A stretch of 64,000 bases of DNA from Moorellales bacterium (GCA_049719955.1 JBNARC010000001.1:1887-65886); one strand, 5' to 3'. Shown: positions 8,845-17,788, numbered from the stretch's first letter. A program made the numbers and translations. The notes: generated by a model from the letters alone, not told the origin.

Positions 8845-9477
8845 ATGCCCGTGGACCGACTGAATATAGTCATCGCCGGCGTCGGTGGGCAGGGTAACGT
8901 CCTGGCCTGCCAAATCATAGGCATGGCGGCGGTGGAAGAAGGGTGGCAGGTCAGCGCTGCCGATACCTTCGGCGTTTCCCAGCGGGGCGGGGCGGTAATG
9001 AGCCACCTCCGCCTGGGTCGGGGCAGGCCTTGGGGCCCGCTCATCGGCGCCGGCGAAGCCGATATTCTGGTGGGCTTGGAGCCCATGGAGGCGGTGCGGG
9101 TTCTGCGGCGCTTCGGCAACCCCCGCACCCGGGTGCTGGTGAATACTCGGCCCAACTACCCTCTGGCAGTGTTGTGCGGAGCCGCCAAATACCCGCGTGT
9201 GGAGGAGTTGTTGGCCGCCATAACGGCCAACTGCGCCCGGGTGCTGGAGGTTCAGGCCGACCGGTGGGCCGCGGAGGCGGGAAGCCTTTTGACCCAAAAC
9301 GTGGTTATGACCGGCGCCCTGGCGGGAACCGGCTGGCTACCTCTGGCGCTAACCACCTTCGAAAAGGTGCTCCAGTCGCTGTTTAGCGGGGCCATCCTGG
9401 AGAAAAACCTTCGCGCCTTCCACCTGGGGGTGGCGGCCACTCAGGACTGCCGGGCGCGGGCGGCGGTAGGGGCCTAG
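8845..9477 (+). CDS. iorB: Indolepyruvate:ferredoxin oxidoreductase beta subunit
   Basis: It carries NIVIAGVGGQGNVLACQI and DTFGVSQRGGAVMSHLRLG and lies directly downstream of iorA. Confidence 0.8.
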   Translation: MPVDRLNIVIAGVGGQGNVLACQIIGMAAVEEGWQVSAADTFGVSQRGGAVMSHLRLGRGRPWGPLIGAGEADILVGLEPMEAVRVLRRFGNPRTRVLVNTRPNYPLAVLCGAAKYPRVEELLAAITANCARVLEVQADRWAAEAGSLLTQNVVMTGALAGTGWLPLALTTFEKVLQSLFSGAILEKNLRAFHLGVAATQDCRARAAVGA

Positions 9478-10147
9478 CCGGGTCGCCGCCGGCGGGGAGG
9501 CCGTACAGACGCCGGCACCGGTGTGCTGCCCGTAGCACCTCGTAATACATCTTTAGCCGCAGGCCGAAGCCCTTTATCGGTCCGAACTTTTCCTCCTTGA
9601 TTACGTGGGTGAGCCCGTCCAGGTATACCTCGGTGAACGGGACCCGGCGGTGGGTGGCGAAACTGTTGAGCAGCACCTCCACTCCCCAGCGGGACCAGGA
9701 AAGGTCGGGCAGAAGGTCCAGGAAGGCCCGGGAAAGAGCGCGCTGGCCGTTAAGTACGCTGAAATGGCGCTGTTGCCAATCCACGTGCCAGCGTCCGCCC
9801 CGAAACGTTCCCACCACCATACCCAAATCCCGCCGCCGCAACAGCGGCTCCACAAGTACCCGCAAGTGTTTTTCCTCCAGTCCCACCAGGTCGGCATCCA
9901 GAAACAGCACCGCTTCCATGTCCCGCATTTGGGCCAATCCGGTCTGAAGGGCCGCGCCCTTACCCAGATTGTGACCGTGCTCCAGCACCAATACCGGGTA
10001 GCGGCGGGCCACCCAGCCGGTAGGGTCGGTAGAGCCGTCGTTTACCACCACTACCCGCCTAATCCAGGTGGCGCCGCTCAGTACCTCCAGAACCCGGCCC
10101 AGCCGGGGAGCTTCGTTATAAGCCGGAACCACCACTCCGACGCGCAA
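9383..10147 (-). CDS. Family 2 glycosyltransferase
   Basis: GT-A fold motifs are present: VVVPAYNE, VVVVNDGSTDPT, NLGKGAALQTG and LDADL. The start is TTG with GGAAAGGGGA upstream. The low-complexity Pro-rich tail overlaps the iorB 3' end convergently. Confidence 0.75.
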   Translation of the reverse strand: MRVGVVVPAYNEAPRLGRVLEVLSGATWIRRVVVVNDGSTDPTGWVARRYPVLVLEHGHNLGKGAALQTGLAQMRDMEAVLFLDADLVGLEEKHLRVLVEPLLRRRDLGMVVGTFRGGRWHVDWQQRHFSVLNGQRALSRAFLDLLPDLSWSRWGVEVLLNSFATHRRVPFTEVYLDGLTHVIKEEKFGPIKGFGLRLKMYYEVLRAAHRCRRLYGLPAGGDPARPLPPPAPGSPEWPPPPGGRREGFSPGWPR

Positions 10148-10206
10148 GGCTCATCCCCTTTCCTTCCCGAAATTTGCACCACCGGTCTCTTCGAGGTGGC
10201 GGGTTG

Positions 10207-10445
10207 CTGACGTATACCGAGTTTCCCATAGGCGGTACCGGGCGCTTCCCGTTCGTACTGTCACCTCGCCGACCGAACTAGGCCTCGGCCTTCGTGCTAC
10301 GGCGGGCTCCCCTCGGCTTCGGCCATCCATAGCCTTCGGCCCACCTTCGCCCTCGTCCTCGCCAGGTTCGGTGCCCGCCGAGTGGCCAATGTACTCAGGC
10401 GAGCACCCGGTACCGCCAGCCAACTCAAGGATGGGGATACGTCAG
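10207..10445. repeat. Copy C (full length) of the imperfect-palindrome repeat family
   Basis: The ends are CTGACGTAT...ATACGTCAG. The left arm GGCGGTACCGGGCGCTTCCCGTTCGTACTGTCACCTCGCCGACCGAACT is an imperfect reverse complement of the right arm AGGTTCGGTGCCCGCCGAGTGGCCAATGTACTCAGGCGAGCACCCGGTACCGCC. Confidence 0.7.
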
Positions 10446-10600
10446 GGCGGCTCGGCCGCCTGGGGCGGCGCCTCCTCGGTTCCTTGGGACGTAATTTCGT
10501 CTTCCCTCGCAATTCTCCTGTTCTCACTTGGCTGCCAATTCCTGCTTTACAAAGGCTTTGACCCCTGATAAGATATTTTTCGATTACGGGGGGTGGCAGG

Positions 10601-11566
10601 GTGCTTAAAGTAGAAGGCGTAAGCAAGAACTTCGGCCCCAAGGTGGCGGTTCAGGAGGTAAGCTTCTCGGTAGAGCCGGGCGAGATTCTGGGGCTATTGG
10701 GGCCCAACGGCGCTGGCAAGACCACCACTTTGCGACTCATAACCGGGTATATGCCGCCCAGCCGGGGCCGGATAACGGTTTCCGGAATTGACGTGGCCGC
10801 GAACCCCTTGGCGGTCAAGCGCCGTCTGGGGTATCTTCCGGAACAGCCGCCGCTGTACCCGGAGCTTACGGTGCGGGAGTATTTGGCCTTCGTGGCCCGG
10901 GTCAAGGGCTGGCGGGGAGCGGAGGCTAACCGCCGGGTGGACGAGGCTATGGCCCGGGCCGGGGTGGAGGAGGTAGCCGGTCGGCTCATCGGCCATCTGT
11001 CTCGCGGTTACCGGCAGCGGGTAGGTTTGGCCCAAGCCTTCCTGGGAGATCCCGAACTTCTGATCCTGGACGAGCCCACGGTAGGCCTGGACCCGGTGCA
11101 GATCGCTGAGGTCAGACAATTAATTAAGGACCTGGCCGGCAAACATACGGTGGTACTGAGCTCCCACATTCTGCCCGAGGTCAACCAGGTCTGCCATCGG
11201 GTGGTAATAATGAACCAGGGGCGGGTCTTGGCCCAGGACACCCCGGCCAATCTGGCCGCGGCTCTGGGTGGCGGGCAGTTGCGGGTGAAGATCAAGGGCC
11301 CGGTGTCGGAGGTGCTCTCCCTGCTGGAGAATTTGGAGGGGGTGCGCACGGTGCGCACCGAGGATGATGGCCGGCAAGAGCAAGCTGGGGTGCGGGAATA
11401 CGTGTTGGAGCTGGTACCGGGACGGGACGTGCGGGAAGCCCTCTTTTTTGCTCTGGCCCAGCGGGGTTGGCCCTTGCTTGAGGCCCATCTGCACCAGCTT
11501 TCTCTGGAAGAGGTATTCCTGCAACTGGTTACCGAAGAAGAAGGCCACGAAGGCGGGGGGAATTAG
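10601..11566 (+). CDS. ABC transporter ATP-binding protein (ABC-2/GldA-like)
   Basis: It has Walker A GPNGAGKTT, signature LSRGYRQR and Walker B LLILDEP. The start is GTG. Confidence 0.85.
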   Translation: MLKVEGVSKNFGPKVAVQEVSFSVEPGEILGLLGPNGAGKTTTLRLITGYMPPSRGRITVSGIDVAANPLAVKRRLGYLPEQPPLYPELTVREYLAFVARVKGWRGAEANRRVDEAMARAGVEEVAGRLIGHLSRGYRQRVGLAQAFLGDPELLILDEPTVGLDPVQIAEVRQLIKDLAGKHTVVLSSHILPEVNQVCHRVVIMNQGRVLAQDTPANLAAALGGGQLRVKIKGPVSEVLSLLENLEGVRTVRTEDDGRQEQAGVREYVLELVPGRDVREALFFALAQRGWPLLEAHLHQLSLEEVFLQLVTEEEGHEGGGN

Positions 11567-11569
11567 GCT

Positions 11570-12280
11570 ATGGCGGGAATATGGCACATCTTCTGCCGGG
11601 AACTCCGGAGTTATCTTTACTCTCCCTTGGCCTACGTGATTTTGGCGGTTTTTCTGGCCATCGGAGGATACATCTTCAGTGTGGTGCTGTTGGCCACCCG
11701 CTCCGCCGACCTGCGGGGCTACTTCAGCAATATCGGTCTTATCTTGATGTTCCTGGTTCCGGTATTGACCATGCGGCTGTGGGCGGAAGAGGAGCAACGA
11801 GGCACGGCCGAGTTTCTCCTTACTGCCCCGGTGGGCGTGGGGCAGGTGCTGGTGGGGAAGTATCTGGCCTCGGTGGCCATATTCTTGATCGGTGTGGGAA
11901 TCACCCTGGTTTACCCGTTGGTGCTGAGCCGCTTCGGCCAACCGGACTGGGGCACCATTTCCTGCGGTTATTTAGGCCTTATTCTCTTTGGTTCGGCCTA
12001 TCTGGCAGTGGGTCTTTTCGGATCGGCCATGAGCGGAAGCCAGGTAGTGGCGGGAGTGCTGAGTTTCGGGTTGCTCTTGGCCTTTTGGGTATTGGGGTGG
12101 CTATCCGAGGCCTTCGGAGGCAAGTTGGGAGAGGTGGCCAAGTCTCTGACCGTGGTGGGGCATTACGAGGACTTTCTCAAGGGCGTGGTCGATACCACCC
12201 ACCTTATTTACTTCGCCAGCTTCATCGGGGTGTTTCTGTTCCTGGCCGTAGAGGGGCTTAAGTCCCGGCATGGGGCCTAG
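11570..12280 (+). CDS. ABC-2 type transporter permease (GldF-like)
   Basis: It has multiple hydrophobic spans and lies 4 nt downstream of the ATPase gene. Confidence 0.7.
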   Translation: MAGIWHIFCRELRSYLYSPLAYVILAVFLAIGGYIFSVVLLATRSADLRGYFSNIGLILMFLVPVLTMRLWAEEEQRGTAEFLLTAPVGVGQVLVGKYLASVAIFLIGVGITLVYPLVLSRFGQPDWGTISCGYLGLILFGSAYLAVGLFGSAMSGSQVVAGVLSFGLLLAFWVLGWLSEAFGGKLGEVAKSLTVVGHYEDFLKGVVDTTHLIYFASFIGVFLFLAVEGLKSRHGA

Positions 12281-12293
12281 GGGGTGAGACAAG

Positions 12294-13706
12294 ATGTGGC
12301 AAAGGCATAGCCAGCGCTGGATCCTGGTGGCGGCAGTAGTGGGTCTGGTGGTCCTGGCCAACGTGATGGGAGCCAGGCACCACTGGCGTTGGGACCTAAC
12401 CGCCAGCAAGAAGTACTCTCTTTCCGTCCAGACCCGGGAGGTCCTGGGCCGGCTGGAGCAACCGGTAAGGCTTTTGGCCTTCTTGGAGAAAGGCAGTGAG
12501 GAAGCGGAGAAGCTGGAAGACCTGCTGCGGGAGTACGACTATGCCTCCCCCAAGGTGAGCTTCGAGGTGGTGGACCCGGTAGCCGAGCCGGCCTTGACCC
12601 AGCGCTACGGGGTACAGTACTACAATACCGTGGTGGTAGAGGTGGGCAACCAGAGCCGCAAAGTCGAGCCCTATAATATTTTCGGCCTGGGCGGCAGCAT
12701 GTACGGTTCCGAGTTTCGGGGCGAGCAGGCCGTTACCCGGGCCATAGTGGACCTGGTGCACCAGACCGCGGCGGTAGTGTACTTTCTGGAGGGGCACGGC
12801 GAGGGCAGCCTGGACCAAGATTTTAGCGATTTCAGGGATTTCCTGGAAGGCGACGGTTATACGGTTAAGAGCCTGAACCTGGCCACGAGCGGCAAGGTGC
12901 CGGCCGATGCTTCGGTGGTGGTGCTGGGCGGACCCCGCCAGGACCTGCCGACTCCGGAGGTAGAGGCGCTGAAGCAGTACCTGGCCGGGGGCGGCCGGCT
13001 GTTGGCTCTTATCGACCCGCTGCCCCGGCCTCTGCCCCAGCTTGAGGGGCTGCTGGCCGGGTTGGGCATAAAGTTGCACCAGGACGTAGTGGTGGATCCC
13101 CAGCGGGCCTTTTTCCTGGATGCGCTTAGCCCGGTGCCGGTGCTGGAGTGGCACGCCATAACCGAGAAGATGCTGGAGCAAAAGGTTAACCTGGTGCTAC
13201 CCCGGGCCAGGAGCCTCGCGGCCGCAGTACCGGGGGATCAGAAGGAACTCAAGGTGGAAACCTTGCTGCGCTCCAGCGACGGTGCCTGGGGAGAAACCGA
13301 CCTGGCCGCGGATAAGGCCCGCCGCGACGAGCGGGACCTGGCCGGCCCCCTAACCTACGCCGTGGCGGTAAGCCGAGCTAAGGGAGCTACCGAAAAGACG
13401 GCGCAGCCGGACCAGGAGCAGGAGGCCCCGGACAAGCAGCCGGTGGCCATAGTGGTGGGTAATTCCGGTCTGGCCCGGAACCAGGCCCTGGGATTCCAGG
13501 GTAACGCTGACTTTTTGGTAAACGGGGTCAACTGGCTGCTGGGCGAGGAGCAGATGCTCACCATTCGGCCCAAGGCGGAAGAGGTGCGTCTGGTGCAAAT
13601 GGAAGCCGGACAGGCGGCGCTGGTGTTCTACGGTACCACTTTCTTCCTGCCGCTGGCGATCCTGGCCTTGGGGCTGGGGGTGTGGCTAAGGAGGCGGGCG
13701 CGGTGA
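12294..13706 (+). CDS. ABC transporter auxiliary component (GldG-like)
   Basis: It has N- and C-terminal transmembrane anchors around a large extracytoplasmic region. Its position after the GldA/GldF-like genes matches the usual module order. Confidence 0.6.
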   Translation: MWQRHSQRWILVAAVVGLVVLANVMGARHHWRWDLTASKKYSLSVQTREVLGRLEQPVRLLAFLEKGSEEAEKLEDLLREYDYASPKVSFEVVDPVAEPALTQRYGVQYYNTVVVEVGNQSRKVEPYNIFGLGGSMYGSEFRGEQAVTRAIVDLVHQTAAVVYFLEGHGEGSLDQDFSDFRDFLEGDGYTVKSLNLATSGKVPADASVVVLGGPRQDLPTPEVEALKQYLAGGGRLLALIDPLPRPLPQLEGLLAGLGIKLHQDVVVDPQRAFFLDALSPVPVLEWHAITEKMLEQKVNLVLPRARSLAAAVPGDQKELKVETLLRSSDGAWGETDLAADKARRDERDLAGPLTYAVAVSRAKGATEKTAQPDQEQEAPDKQPVAIVVGNSGLARNQALGFQGNADFLVNGVNWLLGEEQMLTIRPKAEEVRLVQMEAGQAALVFYGTTFFLPLAILALGLGVWLRRRAR

Positions 13707-14659
13707 AGCGCTGGATAGCGCCTTTGGCGGCGGTGGCGGCCTTCGCCCTGCTGCTCTACTACGTCGTAGGGCTGGAAAAGCCCAAGTCACCGACAGAAGA
13801 GCAGCCCCAGAGCGTTTCCGTGCTTACCTTTGAGGCGGAGAAGGCCGACCGGGTGGAGATTCAGGGTCCGGACCGGCGGTTTTCTCTGGTAAAGAAGCCG
13901 GAGGAGGGGTTTACCTGGTGGCTGGAACCGGAGCACCTCCCGGGCAACGGCAGCCGGGTGGAATCGCTGTTGCTGGTCCTGGCCGACCTTAAGGCCACGC
14001 CCCTGGAGGCGCCGCCTCCGGCCGAAACCGTGGGGCTGGAGCGCCCGACCTGGAGGGTAGACGTTTACCGGGGCCAAGGGCGTTTGGCGCGCCTGGAGGT
14101 GGGAGATAGGGTACCGGTTACGCGTCTGGGCGAGGAAGGATCGTATTATGCCCGCGCCAACGGGCAGGCACCGGTATTCACGGTTTCCGAGGGTTTACTG
14201 GAGCAGGTGCGGGGAGATTTGGCCAGCTGGCGCGAACGGTTCCTGAGTGACGTTCCCACCCCCAAGGTGGTACGGGTGGAAGTGGTGGCGGCGGATTTCC
14301 GGCTGGCGGCGCGTCGGGAAGGGGAACAGTGGAAGCGTCTGGAGCCCGGCGCGGGGCAGCCGGAGGCGGATAAGGTGCGCGACCTGGTTCGGAAGGTGGC
14401 CTTCCTGGAGGCGGAGGAATTCGTCACCGATGCACCCACCCCGAAGCAACTGGCCTCCTGGGGGCTGGACCGACCCTGGCTGCGGGCGGTGGTGGCCACC
14501 GATGATGAGCCACCCCTGGTGCGGGAGGTTCTGGTGGGAGGGAAGGTGCCGGACCAGAAAAGGTACTACGCCCGGCTGGCCGACCGCCCCTGGATTTACC
14601 AGGTGGACCTTCAGGCGGCCGAGGATCTGCTCAAAGCGGCCAAGGAGTTGGGTTCGTAG
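13703..14659 (+). CDS. DUF4340-like secreted/membrane-anchored protein
   Basis: It has an N-terminal hydrophobic anchor (WIAPLAAVAAFALLLYYVV). The preferred start is GTG 13703, 8 nt after AAGGAGG and overlapping the upstream stop as GTGA. The track start is 13682. The family call comes from context and recall. Confidence 0.5.
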   Translation: MKRWIAPLAAVAAFALLLYYVVGLEKPKSPTEEQPQSVSVLTFEAEKADRVEIQGPDRRFSLVKKPEEGFTWWLEPEHLPGNGSRVESLLLVLADLKATPLEAPPPAETVGLERPTWRVDVYRGQGRLARLEVGDRVPVTRLGEEGSYYARANGQAPVFTVSEGLLEQVRGDLASWRERFLSDVPTPKVVRVEVVAADFRLAARREGEQWKRLEPGAGQPEADKVRDLVRKVAFLEAEEFVTDAPTPKQLASWGLDRPWLRAVVATDDEPPLVREVLVGGKVPDQKRYYARLADRPWIYQVDLQAAEDLLKAAKELGS

Positions 14660-14716
14660 GTGTAGCTCCGGCCGGAAGAGGGATCTTTCGGACCCAGGGT
14701 ATTGGAGGGTTAAAGC

Positions 14717-15478
14717 TTGCTTCTAGAACTAGATCCCTACGTTTTCCGCCTAGGTTCCTTCGGCGTACGCTGGTACGGCCTGTTCATGGCGGTATGCTTT
14801 CTAATCGGTACTTGGTACCTGCTGCGGGAGGGGCGGCGTCGGGGGTGGAGTGAGGATTTCTTGCTTAACCTGGCCTTGGTCGCTATCGTCGCCGGGGTAG
14901 TAGGGGCGCGGCTGTTGTTCGTAGCGGCAAATTATCCCCGGTGGTTCGTGGCCGAACCGCTGCACGTGCTGCGGGTGTGGGAAGGCGGGCTGGCCTGGCA
15001 CGGCGGCTTAGGGGGCGGTTTTCTGGCCGCCTGGCTGTACGCCCGTAGCCGGGGCATTAGTATCCACGCCCTGGCCGATCTGGCGGTTCCGGGAATGACC
15101 CTGGGGTATGCCGCCATCCGGGTGGCCAACATTTTTAATCAGGAAGTACTGGGCCGCCCCACCGCGTTCGGGTTCGGCCGTTGGCCGGCGCAGCCTATAG
15201 CTATGGCCTTGGCCCTAATCCTGCTGCTCCGCTACTTCTATCTGGCGCGGCGAAACCCGCCGGCCGGATACCAGTTTTGGTCGTTTGTCTTCTATCACCA
15301 GTTGTTACGGGGAGTGGTGGAGGAGAGCATTCGCGACATGCCTTTGGTGCTGTGGGGGCAGGTTTGGGAGGCGTGGGGGGTGGGTTTGTTCACCCTGGCT
15401 CAGGTGGCTACGCCGGCAGTTATGCTTTTGGCCTACTACTTCATGCGGCGTTCCCGGCGCGGGGAATTTGAAAATTGA
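14717..15478 (+). CDS. lgt: Prolipoprotein diacylglyceryl transferase
   Basis: Lgt-type motifs are present: FGVRWYGLFMAVCFLIG, GARLLFV and WEGGLAWHGGLGGG. Confidence 0.8.
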   Translation: MLLELDPYVFRLGSFGVRWYGLFMAVCFLIGTWYLLREGRRRGWSEDFLLNLALVAIVAGVVGARLLFVAANYPRWFVAEPLHVLRVWEGGLAWHGGLGGGFLAAWLYARSRGISIHALADLAVPGMTLGYAAIRVANIFNQEVLGRPTAFGFGRWPAQPIAMALALILLLRYFYLARRNPPAGYQFWSFVFYHQLLRGVVEESIRDMPLVLWGQVWEAWGVGLFTLAQVATPAVMLLAYYFMRRSRRGEFEN

Positions 15479-15628
15479 AATTTATTGCCGGGGTAGGAAT
15501 GCCCCTCTAGGGCGGCGAATTAATGGCACCGCAACCACGGTCGGGCCCCATTGCGGGACCGGGTTTCGGTCCTAAGTTTGGGACCGGGCCGTAAGGGAAA
15601 TACCAGTAGGGGGGAGGGTACAGGGAGT

Positions 15629-15802
15629 ATGGCCGCTATTGTTAATGAGGAAGAATGCACCGGGTGCGGAAGCTGCGCCGATGTGTGTCCGGAAAGCGCC
15701 ATTACCGTGGACGACGTGGCCAAAGTCGACGCAGATAAGTGCACCGAGTGCGGGACCTGCGTGGATGAGTGCGTGAACGAGGCCATCAGCCTGCCTGATT
15801 AG
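15629..15802 (+). CDS. 2x[4Fe-4S] ferredoxin
   Basis: It has CTGCGSCADVCP and CTECGTCVDECV motifs. ATG 15629 is preceded by GGGGGGAGGG. The track ORF starts further upstream at 15551. Confidence 0.8.
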   Translation: MAAIVNEEECTGCGSCADVCPESAITVDDVAKVDADKCTECGTCVDECVNEAISLPD

Positions 15803-15870
15803 TCAACAGGAAGCGGGGGGCACCTGGGTTCGGAGGGCAGCCGAACCGGCTGCCCTTCTCGGCCTGTCTT

Positions 15871-16458
15871 ATGGAACCGGTTAGCGGTTTGATACTCGCC
15901 GGCGGCCGGAGCCGGCGCATGGGTAGGCCCAAGGCGCTGCTGCGGTTGGGCGGTAACAGCATAATCGAACGGGTGATTGCGGTGGCCGCGGCGGTGGTGC
16001 AAGAGGTGCTGGTGGTGACCAACGAGCCCGGGGCCTATGCCGGCCTGGGGCTTCCTTTGGTGACCGACCGGGTGCTGGGCCGGGGGCCGCTGGCGGGAAT
16101 TCACGCCGGCTTGATGGCCGCTACTTGGGATCGGGCCCTGGTTTTGGCCTGCGATCTTCCTTTTTTGGAGCCGAGGCTTTTGCAGAACCTGGTGGAGGCC
16201 TCGTTCGACTTTGATGCGGCCGTTCCCATAGTTCGGGGCTATCCCGAGCCTTTAGTGGCGGTGTACGCCAAGAGTTGCCTGCCGGCGATTGAGCAGGTCC
16301 TTTTCGAGAGTGACAAGCCCAAGATAACCGGCTTTTTCTCCCAGGTGAGGGTCCGGTACCTGCCCGAGGCGGAGTTGGCCGCCTGGACGGACGTGCGTCG
16401 GGCTTTTCTCAACATCAATACTCCGGAGGACCTGGAGCGGGCGGCCCGATGGGCCTGA
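15871..16458 (+). CDS. mobA: Molybdenum cofactor guanylyltransferase
   Basis: It has the N-terminal motif GLILAGGRSRRMGRPKALL and the MobA-typical GPLAGIHAGL. Confidence 0.8.
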   Translation: MEPVSGLILAGGRSRRMGRPKALLRLGGNSIIERVIAVAAAVVQEVLVVTNEPGAYAGLGLPLVTDRVLGRGPLAGIHAGLMAATWDRALVLACDLPFLEPRLLQNLVEASFDFDAAVPIVRGYPEPLVAVYAKSCLPAIEQVLFESDKPKITGFFSQVRVRYLPEAELAAWTDVRRAFLNINTPEDLERAARWA

Positions 16459-16469
16459 GCTCCGTGTTC

Positions 16470-17579
16470 TTATTTTTGCGCCGGTCGGGACCAGCCGGGC
16501 AGATAAAGGCGCGAACTTCCCAGTCGCACCTCGCCGGTCGGAGCGGCCCCTTGGGGCGCGAGGGCGCGTTCGGCCAGAAGGCGAAAGAAGGGGATAAAGG
16601 CGGGATTAGCCCCTTCGTTTAGGGCCCGGGCCAGAGCCAGTGCCCGGCGGGCTTGCAGGGGTCGGCCGGTTTTCCAGAAGAGGTAGGCCATTTCTTCCAG
16701 CCGGCGGCTAAAGACGGGACGAAACTCCGGGTGGAAGTACTGTTCCACCAGTTCTTGCTTGATCCGCTCGGCTATTTCTCGAGCGGTCACCGGGCTGATC
16801 ACCAGGGGGCTGGATTGTTGCTGACCGATCTTTTTCTTGGCCCCCTCTACTTCCGGCCCTTCCAAGACCCAAGAAGACATTTCCTTTTCCGTAAGTAGCT
16901 CGTCCGACCCGGCCAGCAAGATCGGCCGTTCGGCCTCGAGATCTTGCGGGGAGAGGTGGTGGTAGACGGGGCATTCGGGTAGGGGTAGCTCCGGCCCGAG
17001 GCTCGCGCGGTAGAGTTCGAAATCGCGGGGCACCGGGCGACCCTGCTGCCGGTTGATCCGGTAATAGTGGTGAAGCCAGGCCCGGCAATAGTCGGGGTCA
17101 ACCGGGATAAAGGTGAGCCCTTCCATTTCCCGGATGCGTTCCTTCAGGGCTTGGTACTCTCGCTTGTTGGGCGGCTCGTAGACTTCGGTCATGACCAGGC
17201 CCCCCCTATCCCCGCCGATAGCCAGCAGGATCACGTAGGGACTGGAAGGTCGGCGGTAGGCGTAAAACAGGAAGCGGTCGCCCCGGCGGTCAATCTGGCT
17301 GGCCATCGCCCCCAAGGGCCGGGACTCGGCCTTCAAAGCCCAAGCCTGACCCGGCGAGGCCTGCGGGACCGCCAGGCCTCGGCTGCGCCAGAGGTGCAAA
17401 ACCCGTCTGGCTTCCTTAGCCAGAGGCTTGGGCGCGGTTTCGGCTACCGTTTCCAGAACCCGAGCGGTGGCGGGGTCGGGAACCAGCGCGGGTAGAAGCT
17501 TGATTAGGGTTGCCGGCTCGGGGGACTCCTCCGGTCCCAAAAGACCCTGCCTCCTCAGTTCGGCAATTAGTTCCTCCAC
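16470..17579 (-). CDS. Hypothetical protein
   Basis: This 369-aa ORF has a protein-like composition. I recognise no motif. Confidence 0.5.
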   Translation of the reverse strand: MEELIAELRRQGLLGPEESPEPATLIKLLPALVPDPATARVLETVAETAPKPLAKEARRVLHLWRSRGLAVPQASPGQAWALKAESRPLGAMASQIDRRGDRFLFYAYRRPSSPYVILLAIGGDRGGLVMTEVYEPPNKREYQALKERIREMEGLTFIPVDPDYCRAWLHHYYRINRQQGRPVPRDFELYRASLGPELPLPECPVYHHLSPQDLEAERPILLAGSDELLTEKEMSSWVLEGPEVEGAKKKIGQQQSSPLVISPVTAREIAERIKQELVEQYFHPEFRPVFSRRLEEMAYLFWKTGRPLQARRALALARALNEGANPAFIPFFRLLAERALAPQGAAPTGEVRLGSSRLYLPGWSRPAQK

Positions 17580-17692
17580 CGGGTACCACTCCCGTTTTTC
17601 TTCCTGCGCCGGAGCCAGTATATCATAGCGCGCCGGTATTGGAAAAGAGGCAGGAGGATTAGAACAAAATTTGGCGAAGTTAACAGTAAATT

Positions 17693-17788
17693 CGATTTCG
17701 CCCAGGGCAAACCGGTCGAAAGGCCGGGACGCAAAGCTACGGGTCTAAGGCCTCATGTGGGGCTATGATCGCCGGGCTGCCGAAATCG
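17693..17788 (+). promoter_or_regulatory. c-di-GMP-I (GEMM-I) riboswitch aptamer
   Basis: CAGGGCAAACCGGUCGAAAGGCCGGGACGCAAAGCUACGGGUCUAAGGCC matches the conserved GEMM-I core as in Vibrio Vc2: AGGGCAAAC, a GAAA tetraloop hairpin, GACGCAAAGC and CGG..CUAA. The closing helix is CGATTTCG (17693-17700) paired with CGAAATCG (17781-17788). Confidence 0.85.

Noticed and set aside
407-10445. The three repeat copies might be T-box leaders or another known riboswitch, because GGCGGTACCGGG resembles the T-box GGUGGUACCGCG.
   Set aside because: There is no specifier loop, AGAGA box or terminator/antiterminator layout, and no aminoacyl-tRNA synthetase or amino-acid gene lies downstream. The motif occurs as an inverted pair within a palindrome, and the copies occur in both orientations. 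These features fit a MITE or long-hairpin repeat better.
17639-17692. A sigma-70 promoter might lie upstream of the first riboswitch (TTGGAA, TTAGAA or TTGGCG with TAAATT or TAGAAC).
   Set aside because: No -35/-10 pairing has acceptable spacing. The spacers I counted were 10 or 15 nt, or they led to poor hexamers, so I could not support a call from sequence alone.
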